From the sequence record OR437326.1: a stretch of DNA of 64,000 nt; one strand, given 5' to 3'. The notes under the pieces were generated by a model that saw nothing but the letters and a program-made list of their open reading frames with translations, searched no databases and was not told where the DNA came from. Origin of the DNA: Escherichia phage iGC_PHA_EC001. Below are positions 53,309 through 62,589 of this stretch, piece after piece. How positions within the stretch are numbered: position 1 is the stretch's first letter; every line of letters starts with the position of its first letter. A program made the position numbers and the translations under genes.

Positions 53309-55087
53309 TTAATAGTTGCTATCCGTAGGCAAATTAGCAGGATTGTTGAAATACTGCTCTTTGTCATGCAGAGTTGCAGTTCTAATGTCATAGTAAAACT
53401 GCCCTGCCGGACCAGTTTCCGAGAACTCACGGTTTTTTAGGATAAAGCAATGAGTCGTATTGCGTTCTACAGGGTCTTCAGCGGCTTTATCTCGTTCCAA
53501 AGCTAAGGTAATACCAGCACCTTTAGCCAAGAAACTACTACCCATTGCATCGTCCTCTGTTAAGTGTTCATTGCCACCATTAGCCGATTTCTTAACGTGC
53601 GAGATGACGATAATAGTTATAGCATACTCTTTCATGATGCGCTTCAACCATGTTGCTAACTCTTCCTGGGCTTGAACATCCATACCAGAAAGCAAATCAG
53701 AATAAGGGTCGATAACAAGAATTGTTACTCCAAAATAGATGATCATCTCCAAAACTTTTTCTTTGATAGACTCCACATCTGCTCCACGATCATCACACAC
53801 ATAAAAACGTGGTGATCCATCTTCTCTTTCGTAAAAATCTAGGATTTTTTCTTTATTCTCTTCCAAGATTTGAAATTTCTCTTCCGGTGTTTTCCTGTGT
53901 AGAGGAATATGCAGGAACGAGGACAACAGGTTACGAGAATATTTCTTATAAGTTGCTTCCAAGGACAGAATACCTAGGGTATGTTCTGGGTGCGCAACAA
54001 TAATATGTTTGGTGATCTCGTTCACCATCAAAGTTTTACCGATACTGGTCTTTGCCAGGATGACTGTAATCTCTTCCTCTACTAAACCACCACCCAGCAT
54101 ATTTGCAGCAACACGCATAAAAGGAGGCAAGGTAATCATCTTGGATTCCAAGCATTCTAATGCAGCTTCATACAAGACATTAGAAGCATAAACACCTGCT
54201 GGGGTGTATAGACGAGCACTCCAAAAAGCTTTTACGAAATCTTTTGCACGACCTTCTTCCAGATACTGATTGGCATCCTTAAGATCCATCTGCATACGGT
54301 AGACTTTGTTACGAGGTAGCACCTTAACAATATTTTCAAATGCCTCATTACCTGCTTTGTCATTATCCATGCAAACAATAATCTTCTTAAATTTTTCAAA
54401 GAAAGGATATTGTGCCTGAACTTGTTTATACATACTGGTTTCACCAGTTGTGCCACTAACTACTGCTGGAAGTTCATATTTGTTGTCCAAGTTTTCAGAC
54501 AGCATTTGATAAGCTGCCAGAGCATCGTGTTCACCACCTGTAATTACCACAGTATGAGAACGGTCTGCAAAACGAATTTGTCCAAAAAGATCTACATCTT
54601 TACCTACTTGACCAATAGGTTTACTGAAATCTTTAGGATGAATACGACGCTTAAAACCAACCAATTCTTTACCGATGGTAGTTGGATATAAACAACTTTC
54701 TACTACCATCTGATCCCCTTCCTGACGGTATTCATAACGCACACCATAGAAAGATGAAACTTTTTCTTTAATGCCTCGATAACCACGTGGGTTGGTTGAT
54801 GTTTCTTGAACAATTTTACGATGAATCTGTTTATTAAATTCCGAACCCACAATCTCCTCCTCTTCTTCTAAAACTTCACCATTTTCTCGTAACCATTCTA
54901 CGCTAGGAATAGTGTATTCACACGCAAAGCACTTAGCACCTTTATGCTCTCCATTAGAATCTAATCCATAAACCATCAGGTTATTACGAGAGCGATCCTT
55001 GCCATTTTTCATGCAGCGCGGACAACCTGTATGCCCTTCCTTGCTAAGATCAACATCAAATCCATATTTAGTTATAATGTGCGACAC
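53309..55087 (-). CDS. primase-helicase (T7 gp4-like: zinc-binding domain, TOPRIM primase, DnaB-family helicase)
   Basis: N-terminal CPRC...CFAC zinc motif; TOPRIM acidic motifs (VVITGGEHDA; CMDNDKAGNEA); Walker A AKTSIGKT and Walker B VLVIDPYSD; GTG start with AGGAGA upstream. Confidence 0.8.
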   Translation of the reverse strand: MSHIITKYGFDVDLSKEGHTGCPRCMKNGKDRSRNNLMVYGLDSNGEHKGAKCFACEYTIPSVEWLRENGEVLEEEEEIVGSEFNKQIHRKIVQETSTNPRGYRGIKEKVSSFYGVRYEYRQEGDQMVVESCLYPTTIGKELVGFKRRIHPKDFSKPIGQVGKDVDLFGQIRFADRSHTVVITGGEHDALAAYQMLSENLDNKYELPAVVSGTTGETSMYKQVQAQYPFFEKFKKIIVCMDNDKAGNEAFENIVKVLPRNKVYRMQMDLKDANQYLEEGRAKDFVKAFWSARLYTPAGVYASNVLYEAALECLESKMITLPPFMRVAANMLGGGLVEEEITVILAKTSIGKTLMVNEITKHIIVAHPEHTLGILSLEATYKKYSRNLLSSFLHIPLHRKTPEEKFQILEENKEKILDFYEREDGSPRFYVCDDRGADVESIKEKVLEMIIYFGVTILVIDPYSDLLSGMDVQAQEELATWLKRIMKEYAITIIVISHVKKSANGGNEHLTEDDAMGSSFLAKGAGITLALERDKAAEDPVERNTTHCFILKNREFSETGPAGQFYYDIRTATLHDKEQYFNNPANLPTDSNY

Positions 55088-55099
55088 TTTGTTCTCCTG

Positions 55100-55378
55100 T
55101 TAAAATGGTTCGTTAGTCTCCATCATATATTCTGCTTCTAGTTCTTCCATATGCTTTCTAAATTGGAAAGCAATTTCTGCTACAGTTACATTTAAATCTT
55201 TTTCAAAAACTTCTGTAGAGCCTTCATAAAAACGAATACCGTCAATTAAAAGCCCTCCGTGGTAATCCCAATCACTTTCACGAGAAAGCGGGTTAGGCTC
55301 TTCATAATAGTAATCCACCTCCACAACTAAGGCTTTCCCGTTACGAGTGGTGTATTCAAAATCAAAAGTGTTAATCAT
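55100..55378 (-). CDS. hypothetical acidic protein (92 aa)
   Basis: ORF track; ATGA-type overlap with upstream gene. Confidence 0.4.
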   Translation of the reverse strand: MINTFDFEYTTRNGKALVVEVDYYYEEPNPLSRESDWDYHGGLLIDGIRFYEGSTEVFEKDLNVTVAEIAFQFRKHMEELEAEYMMETNEPF

Positions 55379-56322
55379 TATAGCTCCTCAAATAAAAGTC
55401 TACGACGCTCATTCAACACATCAATGTGATAATGAGTCCTGACATACTTAGCTAATGCTAATCCTTTCTCCATGCAAACATCGGGAGCACTTAATAAGTA
55501 TTCCGTAATATCTTTCCACTCGGAAGGTGTTTCAGCAAAGAATAACAAATCTTTAAACTCTTGTGGATGATAATTCTCACGAGGAGAACAGATCAAAGGT
55601 AAACCCTTAGCACCTGCCTCAAGAATTTTAAGATTGCTTTTTGCATTATTAAACACGTTATCAATCAATGGCGCAAGACTGATTTGATGACCATCGTAAG
55701 ATTCCATGTAGTTGGCATATGGTCTTACACCTTCATAAACACAAGTTGGTGCTACATTTTCTCTGATCACAGACCATTCACGACTACTTAAAACTTCAGA
55801 ATCCCTACGAAAACCACATATTGTAAGATCTTTACCAAAATCGGGCAAGATAGCCAAATCTTGTTTATGTGTTTCACTTCCAGCCCAGACTAATGGAGTT
55901 TTGGAGTAGCGATCACGGGTCAACACAAATTGACCTTCATCGTAAGGAAGTCCATTAGGGATTATGTGCACATTATCATTGTATTGTGAAAGTTCAACTT
56001 GCAAAGCAGGTGTCGTAGTTGTAACAAGATCGCTGTGCTCTAAAAACCATTTTAAATGTTCACGAATACCTGATTCAAAAATACCTTCTAGCATGTGTCC
56101 TTTTGGAATAACTAAAGAGTCATCCAAATCCATAACCATTTTAAAACCTAGGTTTTTAAGGGCTAAAAAGCCCTCTTTACCTTTTGTTGGCACCCCGTTA
56201 AAAACGAAAACGTTGTGTTTAGGTTGTGAAGAGAACTGCCTTGAGTAAGGCAGCACTACCCTATGGAAATCGCAGACACTATAATTGATTCCGTTACGAT
56301 TGTCAAGAATTATTTGTCCCAT
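55378..56322 (-). CDS. glycosyltransferase-like protein (GT-B-like), paralogue of 56330..57277
   Basis: C-terminal NAKSNLKILEAGAKGLPLICS resembles the GT-B nucleotide-sugar-binding motif; clear paralogy with the next gene. Confidence 0.45.
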   Translation of the reverse strand: MGQIILDNRNGINYSVCDFHRVVLPYSRQFSSQPKHNVFVFNGVPTKGKEGFLALKNLGFKMVMDLDDSLVIPKGHMLEGIFESGIREHLKWFLEHSDLVTTTTPALQVELSQYNDNVHIIPNGLPYDEGQFVLTRDRYSKTPLVWAGSETHKQDLAILPDFGKDLTICGFRRDSEVLSSREWSVIRENVAPTCVYEGVRPYANYMESYDGHQISLAPLIDNVFNNAKSNLKILEAGAKGLPLICSPRENYHPQEFKDLLFFAETPSEWKDITEYLLSAPDVCMEKGLALAKYVRTHYHIDVLNERRRLLFEEL

Positions 56323-56329
56323 ACTTCAC

Positions 56330-57277
56330 CTACAAACTTTCAATAACCTGGCGTCGCAACTCGTTTGCATCTGCCAGATTATAATGTGTTCGAACATGTT
56401 CAGCCAAGAACAAGCCACGATCTTCCCGATAGTTTGGATTGCGAAGAAGCTTAACAATTTCGTAATGCCATTCTGCTTTATTCTCTGCGTAAGCAACAGC
56501 GCGAGCATCTACAGGGTTAAAATAAGGTAATACCTTAGAACAAACAATTGGAATACCTTTTGCTCCAGCTTCCAGGATTTTGAGATTACTTTTACAATTA
56601 TTAAAATCGTTATCTACCAAAGGAGCTATAGCAATAGCATGACTTTCGTAAACACTCATGTAATTATCTAAATCTTTTACAGCGGCTTTATATTTGGCAT
56701 TTGGTAAATTTCTGCGAATCTTAATCCACTCTTGTCCCGTGATGCTTTGTGATGCTTCATATCCCGCAATAGTAAGAAGTTCATCATCGAAAGTATTAGA
56801 GACTAATCGTAAATCTGGTTCGTGACTAGCACCGCCAGCCCATACAACAGGGGTACCGGATGAACGATCATTTGACAAAGTGAATTGTCCGCTATCAAAA
56901 GGAAGTGCATTTCGGATCACAACGACATTTCTATTTAAGTGACGGATCTTATATGCCAAATATTCTGTAGTCACAATAACCACATCAGCAAGCTTAACCA
57001 TAGCTACAATAGCATGAGTGTTTGACTCGTATAGACTTGCTAAATAATGCTCTGGATTAAGTTGGTAAAAATCATCTAAATCTACAACAACCTTAACACC
57101 TTGACGTTTCAAAGATAAAACGTATTCTGCACCTTTAGAGTGGATACGGTTAAACACAACAATATCTTTCTTAGGTTGAAAATTATTGTTGTTAAATGGC
57201 ATAACAATACGATGATAGTCACAACCGCTATGAGGTTTTGCATCAATTTTTAGTTTAGACCATTTTTTATTTGACAT
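56330..57277 (-). CDS. glycosyltransferase-like protein (GT-B-like), paralogue of 55378..56322
   Basis: Shares blocks VWAGG..H..DL, NCKSNLKILEAGAKGIPIVCS, HVRTHYN with the neighbour; start trimmed to ATG 57277 which has AGGAGG 9 nt upstream. Confidence 0.45.
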   Translation of the reverse strand: MSNKKWSKLKIDAKPHSGCDYHRIVMPFNNNNFQPKKDIVVFNRIHSKGAEYVLSLKRQGVKVVVDLDDFYQLNPEHYLASLYESNTHAIVAMVKLADVVIVTTEYLAYKIRHLNRNVVVIRNALPFDSGQFTLSNDRSSGTPVVWAGGASHEPDLRLVSNTFDDELLTIAGYEASQSITGQEWIKIRRNLPNAKYKAAVKDLDNYMSVYESHAIAIAPLVDNDFNNCKSNLKILEAGAKGIPIVCSKVLPYFNPVDARAVAYAENKAEWHYEIVKLLRNPNYREDRGLFLAEHVRTHYNLADANELRRQVIESL

Positions 57278-57950
57278 GTGCCAGTGCCTCCTCATAGGAA
57301 ATTCGGATTTTCCCATTTTTAATATCCTCTAAAGATGCTTTATATTCTTCCCAGTTAATCCCGATAGCAGCTTCTTTCTCTTCTTTTGTCAGATTAGCAA
57401 AAGGCATAGGGTTGTTTCCAAAAACATCGTCTGGGTGGATATAAGCCATGATACGAAGTGGACAAGGTGTTGCCTGAATACCATGATTCAAACCAGCAGC
57501 TTGCAAACGGTGTCCCCATTCAGCATCTTCAAAACCATAGCCGTGAGTGTAAGGACGGAAATAACCCATCTTCTCAACAACGGCACGAGAATACATTGCA
57601 AATTGACACATTGCAAGTTCCCAGAGAATAACTTCTCCTTTGCTTCCAACAACTTTATCTTTGAAATACTCCGGCATACCAAAGAAATCCCATCCTCCAG
57701 AGACAGCTTGATCTACAAAGTATGTTTCCCATCCCTCCATGACTGGGTAGCAATCGTCGTCAAAAATAAACCAATAATCATAACCTTCTTCATAAAACTG
57801 GTGCATAAGTTCATTCCTGGCATAAGCTACACCTTTACGATCTGGATCGTTGAATACTCGAAAATCTGCACGTGGATCTGTTACAAGGTAGTCTTTAAGT
57901 GGACGGACACCTACAGTGATAACACCCACTCCAATTTTAATATTTTCCAT
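57267..57950 (-). CDS. glycosyltransferase-like protein (GT-A fold, DxD type)
   Basis: DxD-type motif in YDYWFIFDDDCYP and downstream YGFEDAEWGHRL typical of GT-A enzymes. Confidence 0.45.
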   Translation of the reverse strand: MENIKIGVGVITVGVRPLKDYLVTDPRADFRVFNDPDRKGVAYARNELMHQFYEEGYDYWFIFDDDCYPVMEGWETYFVDQAVSGGWDFFGMPEYFKDKVVGSKGEVILWELAMCQFAMYSRAVVEKMGYFRPYTHGYGFEDAEWGHRLQAAGLNHGIQATPCPLRIMAYIHPDDVFGNNPMPFANLTKEEKEAAIGINWEEYKASLEDIKNGKIRISYEEALAHVK

Positions 57951-57958
57951 TTTCTCTC

Positions 57959-58522
57959 CTAAATAGTTTTACTGTGATCATGACAGTGTAATAAATGATG
58001 TATAGACCGTTGAGGATTTGTTTGACCTAATCTGTAAATGTGAAACAGATACATTCCCCGCATCAATCCTAACCTCTTTCCTTTTTCATGTAAAGTGCGA
58101 GAGAAAATTAAGTCGAATTGGATAGATTTTTCTTCGAAAGGAATTTCATTCCACAATGATTTTCTAAAAAGCAAGAAGAAACCTGCCAGAGGTGTTCCGA
58201 AAGGAACTTCTTCAACACTCACTTTATGATATTCTCTTGCAATCTTAGCATATTCTATATGGTTTAGAATATCTGGATCATCATTAATTTGGTTAGAGAA
58301 AAGCTGATAACCACTGCCTAACCTGTTACAAGTTGCACCTATTACATCAAAAGGCGGGTTTGACATAACAAGCTCTTCAAGCATAGATGGTTGATCAGGT
58401 AGGAGGAACATTGTATCGGTATCTCTTAAACACACCCAACTATCATCTGGAAGAACGGCAATGGCTTCATTGATAGCCTTGCCGATATTTCCTGTCAGAT
58501 AGGGAGTAATATAATAAATCAT
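57959..58522 (-). CDS. possible glycosyltransferase-like protein (187 aa)
   Basis: DxD-like CLRDTDTMF; weaker than neighbours. Confidence 0.3.
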   Translation of the reverse strand: MIYYITPYLTGNIGKAINEAIAVLPDDSWVCLRDTDTMFLLPDQPSMLEELVMSNPPFDVIGATCNRLGSGYQLFSNQINDDPDILNHIEYAKIAREYHKVSVEEVPFGTPLAGFFLLFRKSLWNEIPFEEKSIQFDLIFSRTLHEKGKRLGLMRGMYLFHIYRLGQTNPQRSIHHLLHCHDHSKTI

Positions 58523-58539
58523 TCTCCCCCTCCGTTATA

Positions 58540-58731
58540 TTAACTGTCAGCTACAATCCCACGTTTAATCATTTCTTGTTGAATCTGGATCACACGATCT
58601 CGTGCTTCCATATATTCTTTAAAAGATTCTTGGAGATGGTCACGGGCTACGTCCCGTAGTTTAATCAGTTTGTCGTTTGTCACTTCTTGAAGAGAGATCT
58701 CGCCAGTTTCATTGGTCCCAAGCGTTTTCAT
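58540..58731 (-). CDS. hypothetical protein (63 aa)
   Basis: ORF track. Confidence 0.35.
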   Translation of the reverse strand: MKTLGTNETGEISLQEVTNDKLIKLRDVARDHLQESFKEYMEARDRVIQIQQEMIKRGIVADS

Positions 58732-58987
58732 TTACAACCTCCTTAATAGCTACTGCACAGTTCTTACAAATACATTGACCTTTGTTCTTAGAAATTTCAA
58801 TGTAAGGTTCATTTTCGTTTTCTCCGCGTCGTGAGTCGTATATTACTGTATTGAAGCAGACAACGCAAATGTTTTTAATAACGACATATTTTTGCACTTT
58901 CTGTTTAGTGCGAAAATTGACTTCAATGACTTCTCCCATCAATGAATCTCCCCTAAAATGTTGTTTTGAGACATTACTGCGGAGCAT
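58709..58987 (-). CDS. small Cys-rich zinc-ribbon protein (92 aa)
   Basis: CVVC ... CICKNC pattern. Confidence 0.35.
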   Translation of the reverse strand: MLRSNVSKQHFRGDSLMGEVIEVNFRTKQKVQKYVVIKNICVVCFNTVIYDSRRGENENEPYIEISKNKGQCICKNCAVAIKEVVNENAWDQ

Positions 58988-59223
58988 TCTACAGCATCAT
59001 GAGTCCTTGCAAAACGCTCCCACAACACAGCATCTACTTTAAGAACCATACAAGGATAAATACTGTCGTTGATCATATCAATGCTATATTTATCTACATC
59101 CTTTTCATCTTCCATAAACAAAGTAGCGTATGCTTCTAAATGCTTACGGGTGTAGTATACATCCTCTTCAGTAAGACCGACAACCAGGTAACTTGCTACA
59201 ACAACAGTATTATCTTCTTGCAT
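58939..59223 (-). CDS. hypothetical protein (94 aa, start trimmed)
   Basis: ATG at 59223 with GGAG upstream, immediately after stop of upstream gene; track start 59286 lies inside that gene. Confidence 0.35.
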   Translation of the reverse strand: MQEDNTVVVASYLVVGLTEEDVYYTRKHLEAYATLFMEDEKDVDKYSIDMINDSIYPCMVLKVDAVLWERFARTHDAVECSAVMSQNNILGEIH

Positions 59224-59224
59224 T

Positions 59225-59746
59225 TTAACTCCCCTTTGGTAGATAGAAACCATGCACTTTATCTCGATAAACAAGACGCATATCACGTTCCCAGTGTGTC
59301 CTTATATTCCGTTTCTTGAAGTATAGAGCACCTTTAGTAACATCTAAAACAGACCGCAATTCAGGAAAATGTTTCTCTAAATAAAGTAAACGCTCCGCTA
59401 TTGCTTTTGCTTCCTGCCACTTATCTTTCTCTGTTACGTTAAAAGTTTTCGCATATGAGAATTGTCCTTTCTGGAACAAGACTCCTCTGACTGTGTTAGG
59501 GAAGTAGGTATCATTTCTTCTGTTGATTACCACATTCCCAACGGCATTCATTCCTTTTTTACCCAGACCGCGACCTTCTGCGTAAATTGCACAAGCTAAT
59601 AGAATTTTATCATTATATTGCTTTGTACATTTGTGAACTACTTTAGCGGTTTTTACGTTTGCAGCTTCGGCTTTCGCCACAACAGGTGTAAATGTAAAAG
59701 CAGTTAAGGATAGTAACGCAACTGTTACAAAGTTTTTTATCAGCAA
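59225..59746 (-). CDS. secreted cell-wall hydrolase (SleB / Hydrolase_2-like), candidate signal-peptide endolysin
   Basis: N-terminal signal peptide ending AKAEA; core ILLACAIYAEGRG...GMNAVGNVVINRRND..FPNTVRGVLFQKGQFS matches the SleB-type hydrolase signature. Confidence 0.55.
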   Translation of the reverse strand: MLIKNFVTVALLSLTAFTFTPVVAKAEAANVKTAKVVHKCTKQYNDKILLACAIYAEGRGLGKKGMNAVGNVVINRRNDTYFPNTVRGVLFQKGQFSYAKTFNVTEKDKWQEAKAIAERLLYLEKHFPELRSVLDVTKGALYFKKRNIRTHWERDMRLVYRDKVHGFYLPKGS

Positions 59747-59807
59747 ATTTTGCCTCCTTTTTAAGTTAACGAATTTCTAGTATAACACGATAGAGGCTTT
59801 ATTGCAA

Positions 59808-59827
59808 GAGGGGGATTTCTCCCCCTC
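59808..59827 (-). terminator. 8-bp GC-rich hairpin between TerD-like and hydrolase genes (weak U tract)
   Basis: GAGGGGGA-TTTC-TCCCCCTC; flanks not strongly U-rich on the transcribed strand. Confidence 0.35.
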
Positions 59828-59845
59828 AAAATCATTTGTTAATTA

Positions 59846-60448
59846 TTATGGACATTCATACCATTCTTTTTTACCACCGAAGGCCATCACCACATCACAA
59901 ATATCCAGACCAGCTTTACCTACACCATATGCTTTCAGCTTCCATTCCCCATCTTCACGAACCAAGGAAGCCACGTGGCAGATTGTGTTGCCAGCTACTT
60001 CAGGAGCCAGGAAGTCAAAATCCAGAATTTCCACATTGCGCTCGGAGTCGAAGATTTTAAGCATACCTTCAGAAGCATGACCAAAACGTTTCAGACCTGT
60101 ATCATCATCAATGGTCAGAACAAAGGCAATCTCTTGTGCATCAGGAGAGATTTTAGCCAGAGTAATATCAATCTGCTCCATGCTGCCAGTTCCATCACGA
60201 ACATCGTCACCAGCGAAGGTAGAACGTTCAGGATCAAACTTGTTAGCATAGCAAACCAGATGACGTGCAGACAGCATTTCAGGATTACCAGCGGCATTGT
60301 GACGACAAACCAGTGCACTTACATCCAGATCCAGTTTAGAATCAGATTTCCAAGAGAATTCCAGGCGCAGTTCTTTCAGAGCCGGAGCAACTTTCTTCAG
60401 GGAAATTTTTTCGCTAGAGCCTTTTTTCAGGGAAATTTTATCAGTCAT
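59846..60448 (-). CDS. TerD-family protein
   Basis: Tandem ISLKKG...ISLKK N-terminal repeats, DLDVSALV, GDDVRDGTG acidic metal-binding-like loop, IAFVLTI, EDGEWKLKAYGVG all parallel E. coli TerD. Confidence 0.7.
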   Translation of the reverse strand: MTDKISLKKGSSEKISLKKVAPALKELRLEFSWKSDSKLDLDVSALVCRHNAAGNPEMLSARHLVCYANKFDPERSTFAGDDVRDGTGSMEQIDITLAKISPDAQEIAFVLTIDDDTGLKRFGHASEGMLKIFDSERNVEILDFDFLAPEVAGNTICHVASLVREDGEWKLKAYGVGKAGLDICDVVMAFGGKKEWYECP

Positions 60449-60463
60449 CTTTTGTCTCCTCTA

Positions 60464-60733
60464 TTATTTAAGTGTAATACCAGTTACAGTCAATTCTACT
60501 TCCAAAAGCTTAGATGTGTTTTGGATTGATACTAATTGTGCATGATGGTTTAGTTCTACAGCAGAATAATCATTTTCCCCATCATCTACTTTTAAATAAA
60601 CAATGATTTCACTAAGGTCTAAACCATTTTCGTCAAATGCATTTTCATAGACGAAAGTATCTCCTACATCCAAATCTTTAATGGTAAGGCATCGTTTATT
60701 TACTTTTTGCTCATCAATTTCGAAGTTTAACAC
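60464..60733 (-). CDS. hypothetical small protein, paralogue of 61755..62033
   Basis: Shares DLDVGDTFVYENAFDENGLD ... EVELTVTGITLK blocks with the other copy. Confidence 0.4.
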   Translation of the reverse strand: MLNFEIDEQKVNKRCLTIKDLDVGDTFVYENAFDENGLDLSEIIVYLKVDDGENDYSAVELNHHAQLVSIQNTSKLLEVELTVTGITLK

Positions 60734-60962
60734 TTCTTCCTCCTAATGTTATCTCCGGTTTGTATATACGAAGAATTATAGCATTTTCATTTTCTTTGTC
60801 AACCCATTCTTCATAATCGGGCCATACATGAATCTCTACTCTACTTACAATATCTTCCATTCGCACAGTCCCAATGAAATACTCTTTGAGACTGCGCATA
60901 ATGAAAGCTTCTCTCTCGCGCCAATAATTTTCTATGACTTGAGAGGCAAGCTCGTCGATCAT
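60714..60962 (-). CDS. hypothetical protein (82 aa)
   Basis: ORF track. Confidence 0.35.
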   Translation of the reverse strand: MIDELASQVIENYWREREAFIMRSLKEYFIGTVRMEDIVSRVEIHVWPDYEEWVDKENENAIILRIYKPEITLGGRSVKLRN

Positions 60963-61753
60963 TTTTTAGCACCCACTTTAACAACCCACTCTCCGAACTC
61001 TTCAGATAAGAGTTTGTCATAAAGCTCTGAATCTGTCAAGTCTAAATCTTTAATGCCAATAAAACCAACATTATCATAAGCATTTGCCAGTTCTTTCAGG
61101 AAGCCAAACTTCTCATTACCAACGCCAACCATGAACCAATAAATAGGTTTATTCTTATTCTCTTCGATAAGACGACGAACAGCACTAGGATCACCATTCT
61201 CACCATCCGTCTGGAAGAATACAACACTAGGGGTAACGTCAGCACCTGGTTCAGATACAGCTACAACTTTTTCACGCTCTACAGACACTGTTTCAGTTTT
61301 ACCAAGCAGACGATTAAAGAAGCCTTTCTTTGGAGCCTCCTCTTGTACCACTTGTTTAGTGGTAATATATTTAGTAACAGTGCCAAAATACTCATCGTAG
61401 ATATCCGCCATTACAGGGGCGTAATTTGTTCCACCTCCGATACGAACATTACGCATACATTTACCAACATAGTCATCGTAAACATCTGCTGTTGCTGGAG
61501 TAAGCTCTTGGGAACTCGTATTGAAGGCCCACATATCAATTTGTTGATTATCGTCGAACAGCATACCAAAAGGAAGCAGTTTACCTACAAAATCACTCAC
61601 TACCCCACTAGAATATAGACCATGCATACTACCAGAAATATCTAGAGCACATGCTACACGAAGAACAATCTTACCTTCATTCAGGTTCTTATTCTTTTTC
61701 AGAGAGAAAGCAAGGTTTTCTTGACGTTTTTTCAGGCTGATTTTCTCGGACAT
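60959..61753 (-). CDS. von Willebrand factor A domain protein (TerY-like) with TerD-type N-terminal repeat
   Basis: MIDAS motif in ACALDISGSMHG (DxSxS); N-terminus MSEKISLKK echoes the TerD N-terminus. Confidence 0.55.
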   Translation of the reverse strand: MSEKISLKKRQENLAFSLKKNKNLNEGKIVLRVACALDISGSMHGLYSSGVVSDFVGKLLPFGMLFDDNQQIDMWAFNTSSQELTPATADVYDDYVGKCMRNVRIGGGTNYAPVMADIYDEYFGTVTKYITTKQVVQEEAPKKGFFNRLLGKTETVSVEREKVVAVSEPGADVTPSVVFFQTDGENGDPSAVRRLIEENKNKPIYWFMVGVGNEKFGFLKELANAYDNVGFIGIKDLDLTDSELYDKLLSEEFGEWVVKVGAKK

Positions 61754-61754
61754 A

Positions 61755-62033
61755 TTATTTCTCCTTTTTAAGTGTAATATTGGTAACTTCTAAATCTACT
61801 TCCACCATATTTGTATCTGGTGGGATGCAATGAGTATAGCCTCGTTGTGCTAGTGATCCATTAATACAAATCGCACTGTTTGTGGAATTTTTAATGAACA
61901 CCAAGTTACGGTAGGTATCCAACCCTGCGTCTTCATAGGCATCATAATACATGAATGTTGCCCCTACGTCAAGATCTTCGAAAGCAATAGGTAAATCTTG
62001 ACTTTTTTCTTCTTGAATATTGAATCTAAACAC
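61755..62033 (-). CDS. hypothetical small protein, paralogue of 60464..60733 (GTG start)
   Basis: GTG at 62033 with GAGGAGG 5 nt upstream aligns with the start of the paralogue; track start 62099 overlaps upstream gene by 74 nt. Confidence 0.4.
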   Translation of the reverse strand: MFRFNIQEEKSQDLPIAFEDLDVGATFMYYDAYEDAGLDTYRNLVFIKNSTNSAICINGSLAQRGYTHCIPPDTNMVEVDLEVTNITLKKEK

Positions 62034-62589
62034 GCATACCTCCTCTACCAATTTTGAAGCCCAAATCGTAAGCTTCCTTAGTGATCTTTTGTAACTCACT
62101 TATAGGAAGTGTTACAAGAGGATCATCTTCTTCAATTTCCATCTTGTCATCTTCTGTTTCAATGAGAGTATTATGCACTTTGTGATAAGGGTTGTCAACA
62201 CGTTTAAACTTATTCTTTTCTGTGCTGAAAAAACAATCTGGATCTTCTTCACCATCACCCCAACCTTGGTTAGGATCTCCGTCAGATTGTTCTGTAGGGA
62301 TTTCACCTGTAAAGTACTCTTCCAGCACCATAGCGATACCGTCCCTTGGATTTGAGGAATGCATCAAATCACAAACCTTACTCCAATCCATAGCCCATTC
62401 AAATCGTTCACGAACGCCGTTTTCATCCTCCTTTCCAGAGAAAACACAACCATAACTATCATAGTTGCCATACATCTCTTCAATAACAACACCGTCCTTC
62501 AAAAGAAAAAGATAACAAGGTGATCCGTCGAAAGAAGTAGAAAGGGCAGCTTTGCCCGATTCTTTGCACAAAAAGCTAAAACAACCCAT
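62026..62589 (-). CDS. hypothetical acidic protein (187 aa)
   Basis: ORF track. Confidence 0.4.
   Translation of the reverse strand: MGCFSFLCKESGKAALSTSFDGSPCYLFLLKDGVVIEEMYGNYDSYGCVFSGKEDENGVRERFEWAMDWSKVCDLMHSSNPRDGIAMVLEEYFTGEIPTEQSDGDPNQGWGDGEEDPDCFFSTEKNKFKRVDNPYHKVHNTLIETEDDKMEIEEDDPLVTLPISELQKITKEAYDLGFKIGRGGMRV

Noticed and set aside
59975-60529. 184-aa plus-strand ORF opposite the TerD-like gene
   Set aside because: Antisense shadow; TerD-family reading on the minus strand is strongly supported.
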